Positions 15,774 through 25,572 of a DNA stretch of 25,873 bases are shown here, piece by piece. Position 1 is the stretch's first letter. Each line of letters begins with the position of its first letter. The DNA comes from a virus (Duplodnaviria; Caudoviricetes). The notes beneath the pieces were generated by a model. It was given only the letters and a program-made list of their open reading frames with translations, ran no database searches and was not told the DNA's origin. Where the stretch lies: IMG/VR virus record IMGVR_UViG_3300043395_001372, positions 1 through 25,873 of that record; one strand, given 5' to 3'. The translations under genes and the position numbers were made by a program.

Positions 15774-17807
15774 GTGTCAGATTTTTTTAGTTTTCGCTTG
15801 TCAGAAGATTTTATAAATGAGTATAAAACAAAAGAACCACCATTTGGATTTACAGATGCTGGTGGTAATTCACTAGGAGAGATTACGTTTATTCGTACCT
15901 ACTCTCGAATGAAGGAAGATGGAACTAAAGAAAGATGGTATGAGGTTTGTCGTCGAGTAATTGAGGGCATGTATTCAGCCCAAAAGAATCACGCCAAAGA
16001 AAACAGACTCCCTTGGAATGACTATAAAGCACAGGCTTCTGCAAAAGAAGCATATCAGCGTTTGTTTGAGTTAAAGTGGACACCACCAGGGCGAGGCCTA
16101 TGGTCTTTTGGCACGGCACTTACAATGGAAAAGAAAAACTCAGCAGCATTACAAAATTGTGCTATGGTATCTACAAAAGATATAGACAGAAATGATCCAG
16201 GAACATTATTTGCTTGGGTTATGGATGCGCTTATGATGGGTGTAGGTGTAGGATTTGATACTGTCGGGGCAGAAAAAAAGTTACCTATTTATGACCCTAC
16301 AGAACCACCACAGGTTTATGAAATCCCAGATACTCGTGAGGGCTGGGTAGAATCTGTTAGATTATTAATTAACTCATTTTTAAAACCTAATATGTACATA
16401 CAAGAATTTAACTATGACCTCATTCGTCCTTTAGGAGCACCTATTAAAGGGTTTGGAGGCACAGCAAGCGGTCCTGCACCACTTATACAGTTACACAAGC
16501 AGATAAGGTCTGTAATCGGCGGTAGGGCAGGAGAAACACTTGACTCAAGAGCAATAGTAGATATCGTTAACCTCATTGGCACCTGCGTGGTATCAGGAAA
16601 TGTTAGACGATCTGCAACATTGGCTCTAGGTAATGCTCAAGATGAAGACTTTATGAATCTTAAGAATTCTGAGGTTTTCCCAGAAAGAAATTCATTTGAT
16701 CCAGAAAATCCAGGTTGGGCCTGGATGTCAAACAATTCTGTTTCTGCGACGGTAGGCACAAAGTACGAAGAATATGTAGACCTTATTGCTAATAACGGAG
16801 AACCTGGTTTTATATGGTTAGATGTGGCAAGAAATTACGGGCGTTTAAAAGATCCTGCTGACGGAAAAGATTATAGAGTCATGGGCTTTAATCCTTGTGC
16901 AGAACAACCTTTGGAGTCATATGAACTATGCACCTTGGTTGAAGTACATTTAAACCGTCATGAGTCTAAAGAAGATTTTTTGCGTACATTAAAGTTTGCA
17001 TATTTGTATGGCAAGACGGTAACGCTGATACCAACACACTGGCAACAGACAAATGGAATTATGCAGCGTAATCGTCGCATTGGAACATCACTAACTGGTA
17101 TTGCTTCATTTTCAGACAAATTTGGTTTGCCTGTTGTGCGTGAATGGATGGACGAAGGCTATGAAACTATACGTAGATATGATCATAAATATTCTGAATG
17201 GTTATGCGTTCGTGATTCCATTAGAGTCACAACTGTTAAACCATCAGGGTCTGTATCAATTCTTTCTGGCGCAACGCCTGGAGTTCACTGGGCGCCTGGT
17301 GGAAACTATTTCTTGAGAGCAATTCGTTTTGGGAATACCGACCCAATGATTCATTTGTTCAAGGCTGCTGGATATAAAATGGAGGCTGACCTTGTATCTG
17401 CGAATACAACTGTCGTTTATTTCCCAGTACATTCTGGTCATTCAAGGTCTGAAAAAGATGTAACGTTATTTGAGAAGATTGCGCTTGCTGCTACTGCTCA
17501 GAAATATTGGTCTGATAACGGCGTGTCTGTAACGCTTTCATTTGACAAAGAAACTGAAACAAAGCACATTGCGCCAGCGCTTCATATGTACGAAGGACAG
17601 TTAAAGGCGGTATCATTTTTACCTATGGGTAATACTGTGTATCCACAACAACCATATACAGAGATTACTGAAGAGGAGTATAATAGTTATATAGGACAAA
17701 TAAAGAAGATAGACTGGTCCGCTATTTACGATGGAGCAGAAAATTTGGAGGCACAGGGAGAAATGTACTGCACAACTGATGCTTGTGAGATAAGGATTAA
17801 ATCATGA
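15774..17807 (+). CDS. nrdJ: class II adenosylcobalamin-dependent ribonucleotide reductase (monomeric RTPR type)
   Basis: PPGRGLW, LQNC, GNVRRSA, FNPCAEQPL (thiyl Cys), LCTLVE, TTVKPSGSVS and a C-terminal CTTDAC redox pair; GTG start with SD AAGGAG. Confidence 0.95.
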   Translation: MSDFFSFRLSEDFINEYKTKEPPFGFTDAGGNSLGEITFIRTYSRMKEDGTKERWYEVCRRVIEGMYSAQKNHAKENRLPWNDYKAQASAKEAYQRLFELKWTPPGRGLWSFGTALTMEKKNSAALQNCAMVSTKDIDRNDPGTLFAWVMDALMMGVGVGFDTVGAEKKLPIYDPTEPPQVYEIPDTREGWVESVRLLINSFLKPNMYIQEFNYDLIRPLGAPIKGFGGTASGPAPLIQLHKQIRSVIGGRAGETLDSRAIVDIVNLIGTCVVSGNVRRSATLALGNAQDEDFMNLKNSEVFPERNSFDPENPGWAWMSNNSVSATVGTKYEEYVDLIANNGEPGFIWLDVARNYGRLKDPADGKDYRVMGFNPCAEQPLESYELCTLVEVHLNRHESKEDFLRTLKFAYLYGKTVTLIPTHWQQTNGIMQRNRRIGTSLTGIASFSDKFGLPVVREWMDEGYETIRRYDHKYSEWLCVRDSIRVTTVKPSGSVSILSGATPGVHWAPGGNYFLRAIRFGNTDPMIHLFKAAGYKMEADLVSANTTVVYFPVHSGHSRSEKDVTLFEKIALAATAQKYWSDNGVSVTLSFDKETETKHIAPALHMYEGQLKAVSFLPMGNTVYPQQPYTEITEEEYNSYIGQIKKIDWSAIYDGAENLEAQGEMYCTTDACEIRIKS

Positions 17808-18325
17808 TAGATAAAATAAAGTATGTAGAAGAATTTATGCCAAGAGATATTGCTTTAAGGATATCTGATTATGCAAAAAAATATACAGATGATTTTCCAG
17901 AATATGGGAATAATGAACAAGAATTTACTGTTCATACATACAACGAAATAAAGGCTAGAGATCCAGAACTGTTGGATATAATGCAAGAGTATGCAATTAA
18001 AGTTTATAATTTTGTAAAAGAAAATTACGATGGCCCATTTCAAGATTTCCTTCATGAAAAAACACATATAGCAAAATTTGTTGCTGGAAAAGGAATGCAC
18101 GAACATTTTGATTCTAACAGACCAAATGACATAGCAACCTTAGTTTACTTAAATGATGACTATGTCGGAGGAGATATTTATTTTCCAAAATATAACATAT
18201 CCTATAAGCCAAAGCCAGGAGATCTTCTTTGTTTTCCAGACAATCCAGACTATGTTCATGGAGTAAAGGTTATAGATTTAGGAACAAGATATACTGCTCC
18301 TAGATGGTTTACACGCATCGTATGA
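17804..18325 (+). CDS. prolyl-4-hydroxylase-like 2OG-Fe(II) oxygenase
   Basis: HFD...LVYLNDDYVGGDIYF...PKPGDLLCFP...HGV...GTRY (HxD...H...R). Confidence 0.88.
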   Translation: MIDKIKYVEEFMPRDIALRISDYAKKYTDDFPEYGNNEQEFTVHTYNEIKARDPELLDIMQEYAIKVYNFVKENYDGPFQDFLHEKTHIAKFVAGKGMHEHFDSNRPNDIATLVYLNDDYVGGDIYFPKYNISYKPKPGDLLCFPDNPDYVHGVKVIDLGTRYTAPRWFTRIV

Positions 18326-18331
18326 TAAAAT
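18323..18331 (+). promoter_or_regulatory. extended -10-like element (TGATAAAAT) using the upstream TGA stop
   Basis: 9 nt before ATG 18341, no SD. Confidence 0.5.
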
Positions 18332-18340
18332 AGACCCATA

Positions 18341-21300
18341 ATGTCTAGTCCGTCAAATCTATATGCTGAAAAAATATTTGCTGAACATCCACAAAGACTT
18401 TGGGCTTTGGATGATAAAGTAGATTATGTATCAATTATTAATAACTCGCACAGAGATTTTTCATCATGGGAGATAATTAATGGGTCTTCTGTTTCTACAA
18501 CAGAATTTTTAGACACACCATTTCCAGAAAGCATAGTTAATAAGATAACTCCAGAAAGTTTAGAAGGAGAAACATTTTCGGTAACTTTAGAAAGTCCAGA
18601 TATTATTAATGTTGATGATATTAATCAAACATTAAAAACATTTTCTATAGGTTCTTATTTTTATACTCAAAGCCCATATGTTTTGGGTGTGGAGTTAGGT
18701 TATAGATATTATGACTCAGTTTTAAGTTCTTATGTTGATGTGTTAAGACCCTACGATGTTGCAATCAGAGAAAGATGGATCTTTTTATCAGAAACTTTTA
18801 GTCCAGACTTTGATAATTCTCAAATAAAAATTATAATTAAATTTAATTTTTTATTTGCAACTAATGACGTAAACGATTATTTAGTTTATTCAAATGGTTT
18901 AACATTTGGACAATGGTCTGAAGAATTTCATTCTCATTCATTAGGCATAACAACATCTAGTTTGCCGTCAACTATTTCCTTAGAGTCTTCACAGGTTATC
19001 CCAGCAGATGCTTACGGATTAACCGAAGACTGTGGATATTATTTTTCTAAAGATAATGCTTTAGTTGCAAAAAATTCTGGCGTACCAATGGTTTTTGGTT
19101 CACAAAGTATTACAAAAATATATAACAATGACAATATGCCATCTTTAATTATTCCATCTTTAGGTATGCTTTCTGATTCTGGTAAGCATCAAGATTATAC
19201 TTTAGAATTTTGGCTAAGAACTAATAATGCATCAACAGAACAAAAAAGAATTATAGGTCCAATCGCATCTCAAGACGGTATATATTTGCATGGACCATTT
19301 TTATTATTAAAAATAGATGATAAATACGGGTCTTATTATGTTGGTAAATGGGAAAGACCAATGCTTATGCATCTTAGATATACAAATAATCAATTATCCC
19401 TATTATTAAATGGTGAAGAAATTATTACAATTACAATAAATTCTAACACAATATCCCTGCCTAGTGCATTTGATGAAAATAATAAAAGTCAAAATTGGAT
19501 AGGATTTTATGCATATGAAAAAATAGAGCCAATAGAAATAGATTGTGTTGCTATATATCCATATGTAGTCCCATCTATTGTTGCCAAAAGAAGATTTGTG
19601 TTTGGCCAAGGAGTCCAGTACCCTCAAAATCTAAATTCAATATATGGCGGAGATTCTGTTTTGTTTGATTATTCTTTTGCAGACTATACTAAAAACTATA
19701 ATTATCCAGATTTAGGATCGTGGAGTCAGGCATCAATAGATAATCTAATTATTGAAGATAATATGCTTACAATTCCAAATACTTTTATACCACAAATATT
19801 TACAAATAATTTTAATAAAAAAGAACAAGATATGTTTAATGACCAAAATTTATTGTCTGAAAATTTATATCTTTCTTTAAGGCCAAACAACTCTTGGAAT
19901 TTAGTTAACTCATATATATACTTTGATAATTTTTCTTTATATAATCAAATAACAAAAGCAGTTTATGGGTTATTTGAAGTTCCAACCTCTTTTACTGGAA
20001 CACAGGTTTTGATGAGAATTGAAGACAATAATTCTAATTATTTTTCTATAGAATGTGTTAATGATAAAATTAAATATATATTAAAATATAATAGTGTTAT
20101 AAAAGATATATATGAGTGTTCTAGAGTAAATGCACTATCTTCAACCAATTTAGATGACGGAGAACCTGGAGAAACTGAAAACATTATTTTTGCTGTAGGA
20201 CTTGAATTAGATAAATTTAGCAACCATTTTGGAGACAATATAATATCATTTTTTACTAATCAGTCCACATTAAAGTTATATGTTGGAGGAACAAAAGAAT
20301 TTGAAAAAACTTTTACTGGAAAAATTTATAAAGTTGGAATTTGTTCTGAAAAGAATTTATTAGACATTGATAACTTATTTAATGAAATAGGTGTTCCAGT
20401 AGACTATGAAAATATATTTGACTTATACGAACCAGGCATAGACTTTGACGGCGGATTATATAATCAAGATAATATAGGATGGAGTGATTCTATAGGAGAA
20501 ACAAATCAACTATTATATGAAGATGAAAATGATATAACAATTCCAATACTTGAAAACTATAGTTATTCTCCATCATTGCCAGACTTAAGACTTTTAAAAG
20601 ATCATACCCCTAGCGTGGGCATAATTCCTAAAAAATATTTTAATAAATTTTATTTAGATGCAACTGTATCTGGGTCATGGAAAGATTATGTTCCATTGTC
20701 TTACTTTGGTCAAAACGTTGTAGATGAATATGGCAATCAAGTTTTTGAATTAGACTTTATTCAGTTTAATGTAAATTATCCAGCATCTGTTAAGTTTAAA
20801 GAAAGTGAAACAATAGATCCAAATGGATGGCCTTATTCAGAGTTATCTGCAGAATATTCTTTCCCACAGCAAAGGTCGTATGCTTCCTTAGACAATTTCT
20901 TATATACTGGGTATTTAAATTATGAAGATTTACAACAAAAATCAATTAAGAAATATACATATGATACTTCAAATGAAATTGTTAAAACATATATTACATT
21001 TGAATATTTAGAAGAAGGTGCAAATGCTGAAGAATCATTTTTTATAAGAAAAGAAGATGTTCCAAAAAATGGCGTAATTGAGCCAGGCAGCAATTGGATA
21101 AATACAAAGTATGAGGTTGTAGATAATGTTATTATTTATCCACCTAGCGGAGTTAATTTTAATGATTTAGCAATAGTGTTACATATAGAGGTTGACATAA
21201 ATGGAATTAGATATAGTCCACTAAAAATTAAAAATTTACAGTTAGCATCACAGGCATTTAACTATAATGGAGCAAACAGCGTTGGGACAAGGTTTGGAGT

Positions 21301-22138
21301 TCCAGTTTATCCATATAAGTCTACAGGTTATTATTTTGATTACAAAACTAAAAATCCTTTTTCTATATATAAAGGTTCGTCTCCATATTTATATTTGACA
21401 AGGGATTCTGGTTTAGAAATAAGAGGAAGTTATGATCCACTAATTAATCGTGGTGTTGCTTTATCAATCAATCCATCAAAAATACAAACATACGAGATTA
21501 TGGCAATGCAAAGTTTAATAAGGTTTAATTCTGATTTTTTCCCTTATGCTCCAACACAAATAATGCAAATAAATGCAAAAAATAAAATTATCAAATTGTA
21601 TATGGTTGCAAACCACCCATCTGGTAAAAGAGCAAAGATATACGCTATTGATGGAAATACTGGTGGACTATACAATGCAATATCTTTTTATTTAAATGGA
21701 AAAATTGTTAAAGAACCAGTAATTAATATAAATGAATGGTCTTTACTTGGTATAGGATTTTCAGACATTTTAAATTTTAAATCCTATACTGGATCTATAA
21801 TGATTAATGGTCCAATTATATTTAATGCTTTATCATATTATCAAACAACTAACTTACAAGAAGTTAAGAATGTTACAAAAAGACCTTGGGCTAGAGTTAG
21901 ATTTTCTGCAGATGGCATATATGAATGGGAATATTGGAATGATTTTTATATGTGGGACGGCGTTTTGGTTCAGTCATCTAGCAGTTATTATGGTGTTGAT
22001 CCTGAAGACCTATATAAGTCGTATACTGGCACCAATAAAATTATAATAGAAGATGACAGTGTTTTTGGTATTCAGGGTTACGAATATTCTATATTTAAAG
22101 ACGTAACCTGGCAATCACAAATATCAAACGCAGTATAA
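18341..22138 (+). CDS. large virion (tail/baseplate-like) protein with LamG/ConA-like segments
   Basis: 1265 aa, aromatic and beta-rich. YAEKIFAEHP..LWALDD and DYTLEFWLR...LLLNGE...IDCVAIY resemble LamG-like domains. Confidence 0.65.
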   Translation: MSSPSNLYAEKIFAEHPQRLWALDDKVDYVSIINNSHRDFSSWEIINGSSVSTTEFLDTPFPESIVNKITPESLEGETFSVTLESPDIINVDDINQTLKTFSIGSYFYTQSPYVLGVELGYRYYDSVLSSYVDVLRPYDVAIRERWIFLSETFSPDFDNSQIKIIIKFNFLFATNDVNDYLVYSNGLTFGQWSEEFHSHSLGITTSSLPSTISLESSQVIPADAYGLTEDCGYYFSKDNALVAKNSGVPMVFGSQSITKIYNNDNMPSLIIPSLGMLSDSGKHQDYTLEFWLRTNNASTEQKRIIGPIASQDGIYLHGPFLLLKIDDKYGSYYVGKWERPMLMHLRYTNNQLSLLLNGEEIITITINSNTISLPSAFDENNKSQNWIGFYAYEKIEPIEIDCVAIYPYVVPSIVAKRRFVFGQGVQYPQNLNSIYGGDSVLFDYSFADYTKNYNYPDLGSWSQASIDNLIIEDNMLTIPNTFIPQIFTNNFNKKEQDMFNDQNLLSENLYLSLRPNNSWNLVNSYIYFDNFSLYNQITKAVYGLFEVPTSFTGTQVLMRIEDNNSNYFSIECVNDKIKYILKYNSVIKDIYECSRVNALSSTNLDDGEPGETENIIFAVGLELDKFSNHFGDNIISFFTNQSTLKLYVGGTKEFEKTFTGKIYKVGICSEKNLLDIDNLFNEIGVPVDYENIFDLYEPGIDFDGGLYNQDNIGWSDSIGETNQLLYEDENDITIPILENYSYSPSLPDLRLLKDHTPSVGIIPKKYFNKFYLDATVSGSWKDYVPLSYFGQNVVDEYGNQVFELDFIQFNVNYPASVKFKESETIDPNGWPYSELSAEYSFPQQRSYASLDNFLYTGYLNYEDLQQKSIKKYTYDTSNEIVKTYITFEYLEEGANAEESFFIRKEDVPKNGVIEPGSNWINTKYEVVDNVIIYPPSGVNFNDLAIVLHIEVDINGIRYSPLKIKNLQLASQAFNYNGANSVGTRFGVPVYPYKSTGYYFDYKTKNPFSIYKGSSPYLYLTRDSGLEIRGSYDPLINRGVALSINPSKIQTYEIMAMQSLIRFNSDFFPYAPTQIMQINAKNKIIKLYMVANHPSGKRAKIYAIDGNTGGLYNAISFYLNGKIVKEPVININEWSLLGIGFSDILNFKSYTGSIMINGPIIFNALSYYQTTNLQEVKNVTKRPWARVRFSADGIYEWEYWNDFYMWDGVLVQSSSSYYGVDPEDLYKSYTGTNKIIIEDDSVFGIQGYEYSIFKDVTWQSQISNAV

Positions 22139-22149
22139 TATGGTATACT
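22134..22149 (+). promoter_or_regulatory. tandem -10 elements (TATAAT 22134-22139; TGGTATACT 22141-22149)
   Basis: The second element ends 7 nt before ATG 22157. Confidence 0.55.
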
Positions 22150-22156
22150 GGTGGTA

Positions 22157-22525
22157 ATGAAAAGAGAGATTCCTGGCCAAATTGGCAAAACACGAATTAA
22201 AGCAATCGACAAAATGTACGATTGGGGAATATACGTATGGAAAAAACAAAATGGAAAATGGTTTACAGATGGACAGGGAAACATTTTAAACATACCATCT
22301 ATGAAGGGTGATATTTCCAAGATAGCCGAACTAAAAAAGGCTGCAGCATATTATGGAGAGCCAGAGGGCGAGGCTATATTTTTCCCAGGACTAAACCGTG
22401 TTACCGATGAAGAGTACGCAGAACAAAAGCAAAGAATGCTTGAGGGGCTAATCCCTAACCTCAACGATATGGGATCTGTTTATGATGCAAAACAAACTAT
22501 TAAAAAGTATGGAGCACAAGACTAA
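22157..22525 (+). CDS. hypothetical protein upstream of portal
   Basis: Start revised from GTG 22151 to ATG 22157 (leaderless spacing); stop overlaps the portal ATG. Confidence 0.7.
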   Translation: MKREIPGQIGKTRIKAIDKMYDWGIYVWKKQNGKWFTDGQGNILNIPSMKGDISKIAELKKAAAYYGEPEGEAIFFPGLNRVTDEEYAEQKQRMLEGLIPNLNDMGSVYDAKQTIKKYGAQD

Positions 22526-24111
22526 TGAGCGACCAAGAATTTTTTATTAATGCAAGAATTGATAATCCAGTAGATATACTTCAGCAGTTTAAAGAAGAAG
22601 ATCCATTTAATAAGTCTTGGACCGAATTAAAGAATCTAGTCGGATTAGACAATAACTTTAAGCGCAGAGCAGGAAGACTGGCAGAAAAAGCAGTCGCTCC
22701 AGAGAACATGACGGGGTATCTAAACAATGCTAAAGCACAGCCAACAGGTATAGACGGAGCACAATCAAAAGAGATCAATCCTGGATCTGTATATCGAAAT
22801 GCTTACGGTTTATTTGATGTCATTACACCACCATGGAACCTTTATGAATTAGCAAATTATTATGATACATCTTTTGCAAATCATGCTGCTATTGATGCAA
22901 AGGTTGAAAATATAGTTGGTTTGGGATATGACTTTGAGATTTCTCCAGCGACAATGCTTCGTCTTGAGTCTAATCAAGATAAAGAGCAGGTAGGAAGAGC
23001 AAGAAATAGAATTGAAAGAGCAAAGATTGAACTACACGCATGGTTAGAGTCATTAAATGATAACGATTCATTTACTACAACTATGGTTAAGATTTATACT
23101 GATATGCAAGCAACAGGAAATGGATATCTAGAAATAGGCAGGACTACACGTGGGGAGATAGGATATGTTGGACATATACCTTCTACAACAATGCGTGTTC
23201 GTCGTTTGCGTGATGGATATATTCAGATAATTGGACAAAAGGTAGTTTATTTCCGTAATTTTGGCGCTAAGAATGCAAATCCAATTACTGCTGATTCAAG
23301 ACCTAATGAAATTATTCATTTTAAACAATACTCACCTCTAAATACTTTTTACGGAGTTCCCGATATACTTTCAGCAATCAATTCTTTACACGGAGATCAG
23401 TTAGCCTCACAATATAATATTGATTATTTTAGTAATAAGGCTGTTCCAAGATATGTGGTGACACTAAAGGGTGCTAGGCTTTCTGCTGATGCAGAAGATA
23501 AGATGTTTAGATTCTTGCAAACAAACCTTAAGGGGCAATCACATAGAACGCTGTACATACCGCTTCCTGGAGATTCTGATACAAATAAAGTTGAATTTAA
23601 TATGGAGCCAATTGAAAATGGTGTGCAGGAAGGTTCATTTGAAAAATATCGTAAACAAAATCGTGATGATATTTTAATTGCACATCAGGTACCGCTATCT
23701 AAAATTGGTGGTGGAGAGTCTGGAGGAATAGCAGCAGCACTTGCACAAGATCGTACATTTAAAGAGCAGGTTGCAAGACCAGCACAAAGAGAACTTGAAA
23801 AAACATTAAATAGAATTATTAAAGAAAAGACTGATATTTTAGTTCTTAAGTTTAATGAACTAACCCTAACCGATGAAAATGTACAGTCTCAAATACTTGA
23901 AAGATATGTAAAGAATCAAGTTATGCTTCCAAACGAAGCAAGAAATATTCTTGGACTTCCACAACGGGAAGGAGGGGATGAGCCTTTCCAGCCAAAACCA
24001 CAGGATACCGCAACTAGAGCACGGGACGGAGAAAGAATGAATAATCAATCAGACAGTACCGCAACAGTTGCTGGTAGAAACCCAAAAGGTGAAGGCAGAT
24101 CAACCGAGTAG
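22525..24111 (+). CDS. portal protein
   Basis: HAAIDAKVENIVGLG, TGNGYLEI.R, EIIHFK..SP...FYGVP, YFSNKAVP, DILIAHQVP and PNEAR..LGLP motifs; lies before the protease and capsid genes. Confidence 0.9.
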   Translation: MSDQEFFINARIDNPVDILQQFKEEDPFNKSWTELKNLVGLDNNFKRRAGRLAEKAVAPENMTGYLNNAKAQPTGIDGAQSKEINPGSVYRNAYGLFDVITPPWNLYELANYYDTSFANHAAIDAKVENIVGLGYDFEISPATMLRLESNQDKEQVGRARNRIERAKIELHAWLESLNDNDSFTTTMVKIYTDMQATGNGYLEIGRTTRGEIGYVGHIPSTTMRVRRLRDGYIQIIGQKVVYFRNFGAKNANPITADSRPNEIIHFKQYSPLNTFYGVPDILSAINSLHGDQLASQYNIDYFSNKAVPRYVVTLKGARLSADAEDKMFRFLQTNLKGQSHRTLYIPLPGDSDTNKVEFNMEPIENGVQEGSFEKYRKQNRDDILIAHQVPLSKIGGGESGGIAAALAQDRTFKEQVARPAQRELEKTLNRIIKEKTDILVLKFNELTLTDENVQSQILERYVKNQVMLPNEARNILGLPQREGGDEPFQPKPQDTATRARDGERMNNQSDSTATVAGRNPKGEGRSTE

Positions 24112-24151
24112 TATACACAGGTTTTTCCACAATTTATTAACATTTGTATAA
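24111..24151. promoter_or_regulatory. cluster of four DnaA-box-like 9-mers
   Basis: GTATACACA (24111), TTTTCCACA (24123, perfect TTWTNCACA), TTATTAACA (24134), and TTATACAAA on the minus strand (24151-24143). Confidence 0.45.
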
Positions 24152-24175
24152 AAAGGCTCTATAATATATTCTAGT

Positions 24176-25549
24176 ATGACTATATCTAAAGGCCATTGGG
24201 CAACCAACGGCGACTCAGTAAGACTTTCCCTTCCATTTGCGAAGGTTGATAAAGAGAGACGTATCGTCTCAGGTTTTGCATCTCTTGATAATGTTGATAA
24301 ACAAGGAGATATAGTTACAGCAGAAGCATCAATGAAAGCGTTTTCTGAATTTCGTGGAAACATTCGTGAAATGCATCAACCACTTGCTGTTGGTAAAATG
24401 GTTAACTTTAAAGCAGATAGATATTTTGATCCAGAATCTAAAAAGTTTTATTCAGGTGTTTTTGTTTCTGCGTATGTATCTAAGGGCGCACAAGATACAT
24501 GGGAAAAAGTTTTAGACGGCACACTAACAGGATTTTCTATTGGTGGTCGTATGAATAAATGGGACGATGGATATGATGAGAAATCAGATTCCACAATTAG
24601 AATTATTAAAGATTATGACCTTGTAGAGTTGTCACTTGTTGACTCTCCAGCAAATCAATTTGCTAATATTATGCAAGTTGAAAAAGTAGACGGAGTGCCG
24701 ATTGTTAAAGGTCAAGATGTTGAATTAGAAAATGTTTTTTATGATGAAGAGTCTGGCATTGTTATGGTATCAGATCAGGAATCTGTTGCAAGTCCAATTA
24801 ATGGTAATCAGATGAAAAATATAGGGTTCGTTGAAAAAACGGATAATGAAAAAATGGATATAGTCAAATTCTTAGTTGATAGTGCTAAAGGCATGAATGC
24901 TTCTAAGATAACAGAGGAGGAAAATCCTATGGCAAAGAAAACAAAAACTGTTGAAGAAACAGTTGAAGTAACTAAGTCAGAAGAGATCGCTCCAGTTGCT
25001 GAAGAAACTCAAGCAGTTGAAACTGAAAAAGCAGATGTTGTTGATGAAACAACTGAAAAGACAGATGTTGTAGAAACAACAGAAGTTGCTGAAACAGAAA
25101 AGGCTGCAAAGCATCCAGATAAGGAAACTCCTGCAGAAGATGCAGAAGAGGGTCCAGGTGCTGAGATGGAAGAAGAGAAGAAAGCAAAGAAGAAGTCAGA
25201 TGAAGTAGTTGTTGACGCAATTGCTGAAATTAGAGAAACTATTACATCGGCCTTTAGCGATCTTTCAAATACTCTTAAGTCCTTGCAGGCTGAAGTAGAA
25301 GTACTAAAGTCTACCGCAATTGACAAGGAGACAGTAAAAAGTTCGTTTGATGCAGTCGCCAGAGATATCGCTGCAACTAATGAACGATTCAGTGAGTTTG
25401 GAAAGCGTGTTGACGCAGTAGAAGCAGATACAGCATTCCGAAAGTCTGGCGATCTAGGCGAGATCGTTCAGGATCGACCACAGGAAACTATGGTTGAAAA
25501 ATCCTTATGGGGCGGACGTTTCCTCAAAACAGCCGACTTATTTAATTAA
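24176..25549 (+). CDS. prohead maturation protease (HK97-like) fused to an acidic scaffold-like region
   Basis: RIVSGFAS...DKQGD, EMH (His), GFSIGG (Ser) and LVELSLVDSPAN motifs; TATAAT at 24160-24165. Confidence 0.88.
   Translation: MTISKGHWATNGDSVRLSLPFAKVDKERRIVSGFASLDNVDKQGDIVTAEASMKAFSEFRGNIREMHQPLAVGKMVNFKADRYFDPESKKFYSGVFVSAYVSKGAQDTWEKVLDGTLTGFSIGGRMNKWDDGYDEKSDSTIRIIKDYDLVELSLVDSPANQFANIMQVEKVDGVPIVKGQDVELENVFYDEESGIVMVSDQESVASPINGNQMKNIGFVEKTDNEKMDIVKFLVDSAKGMNASKITEEENPMAKKTKTVEETVEVTKSEEIAPVAEETQAVETEKADVVDETTEKTDVVETTEVAETEKAAKHPDKETPAEDAEEGPGAEMEEEKKAKKKSDEVVVDAIAEIRETITSAFSDLSNTLKSLQAEVEVLKSTAIDKETVKSSFDAVARDIAATNERFSEFGKRVDAVEADTAFRKSGDLGEIVQDRPQETMVEKSLWGGRFLKTADLFN
24929..25549 (+). 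CDS. nested in-frame scaffolding protein (206 aa)
   Basis: SD GAGGAGG at 24914-24920, in-frame ATG 24929; Glu/Lys-rich tract followed by coiled coil. Confidence 0.6.
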   Translation: MAKKTKTVEETVEVTKSEEIAPVAEETQAVETEKADVVDETTEKTDVVETTEVAETEKAAKHPDKETPAEDAEEGPGAEMEEEKKAKKKSDEVVVDAIAEIRETITSAFSDLSNTLKSLQAEVEVLKSTAIDKETVKSSFDAVARDIAATNERFSEFGKRVDAVEADTAFRKSGDLGEIVQDRPQETMVEKSLWGGRFLKTADLFN

Positions 25550-25572
25550 GTACAAAACTCGGAGGTGACAAT

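Noticed and set aside
15774-17807. Intein or intron in nrdJ
   Set aside because: The ORF is continuous, of normal length (677 aa), and shows no splicing or homing-endonuclease motifs.
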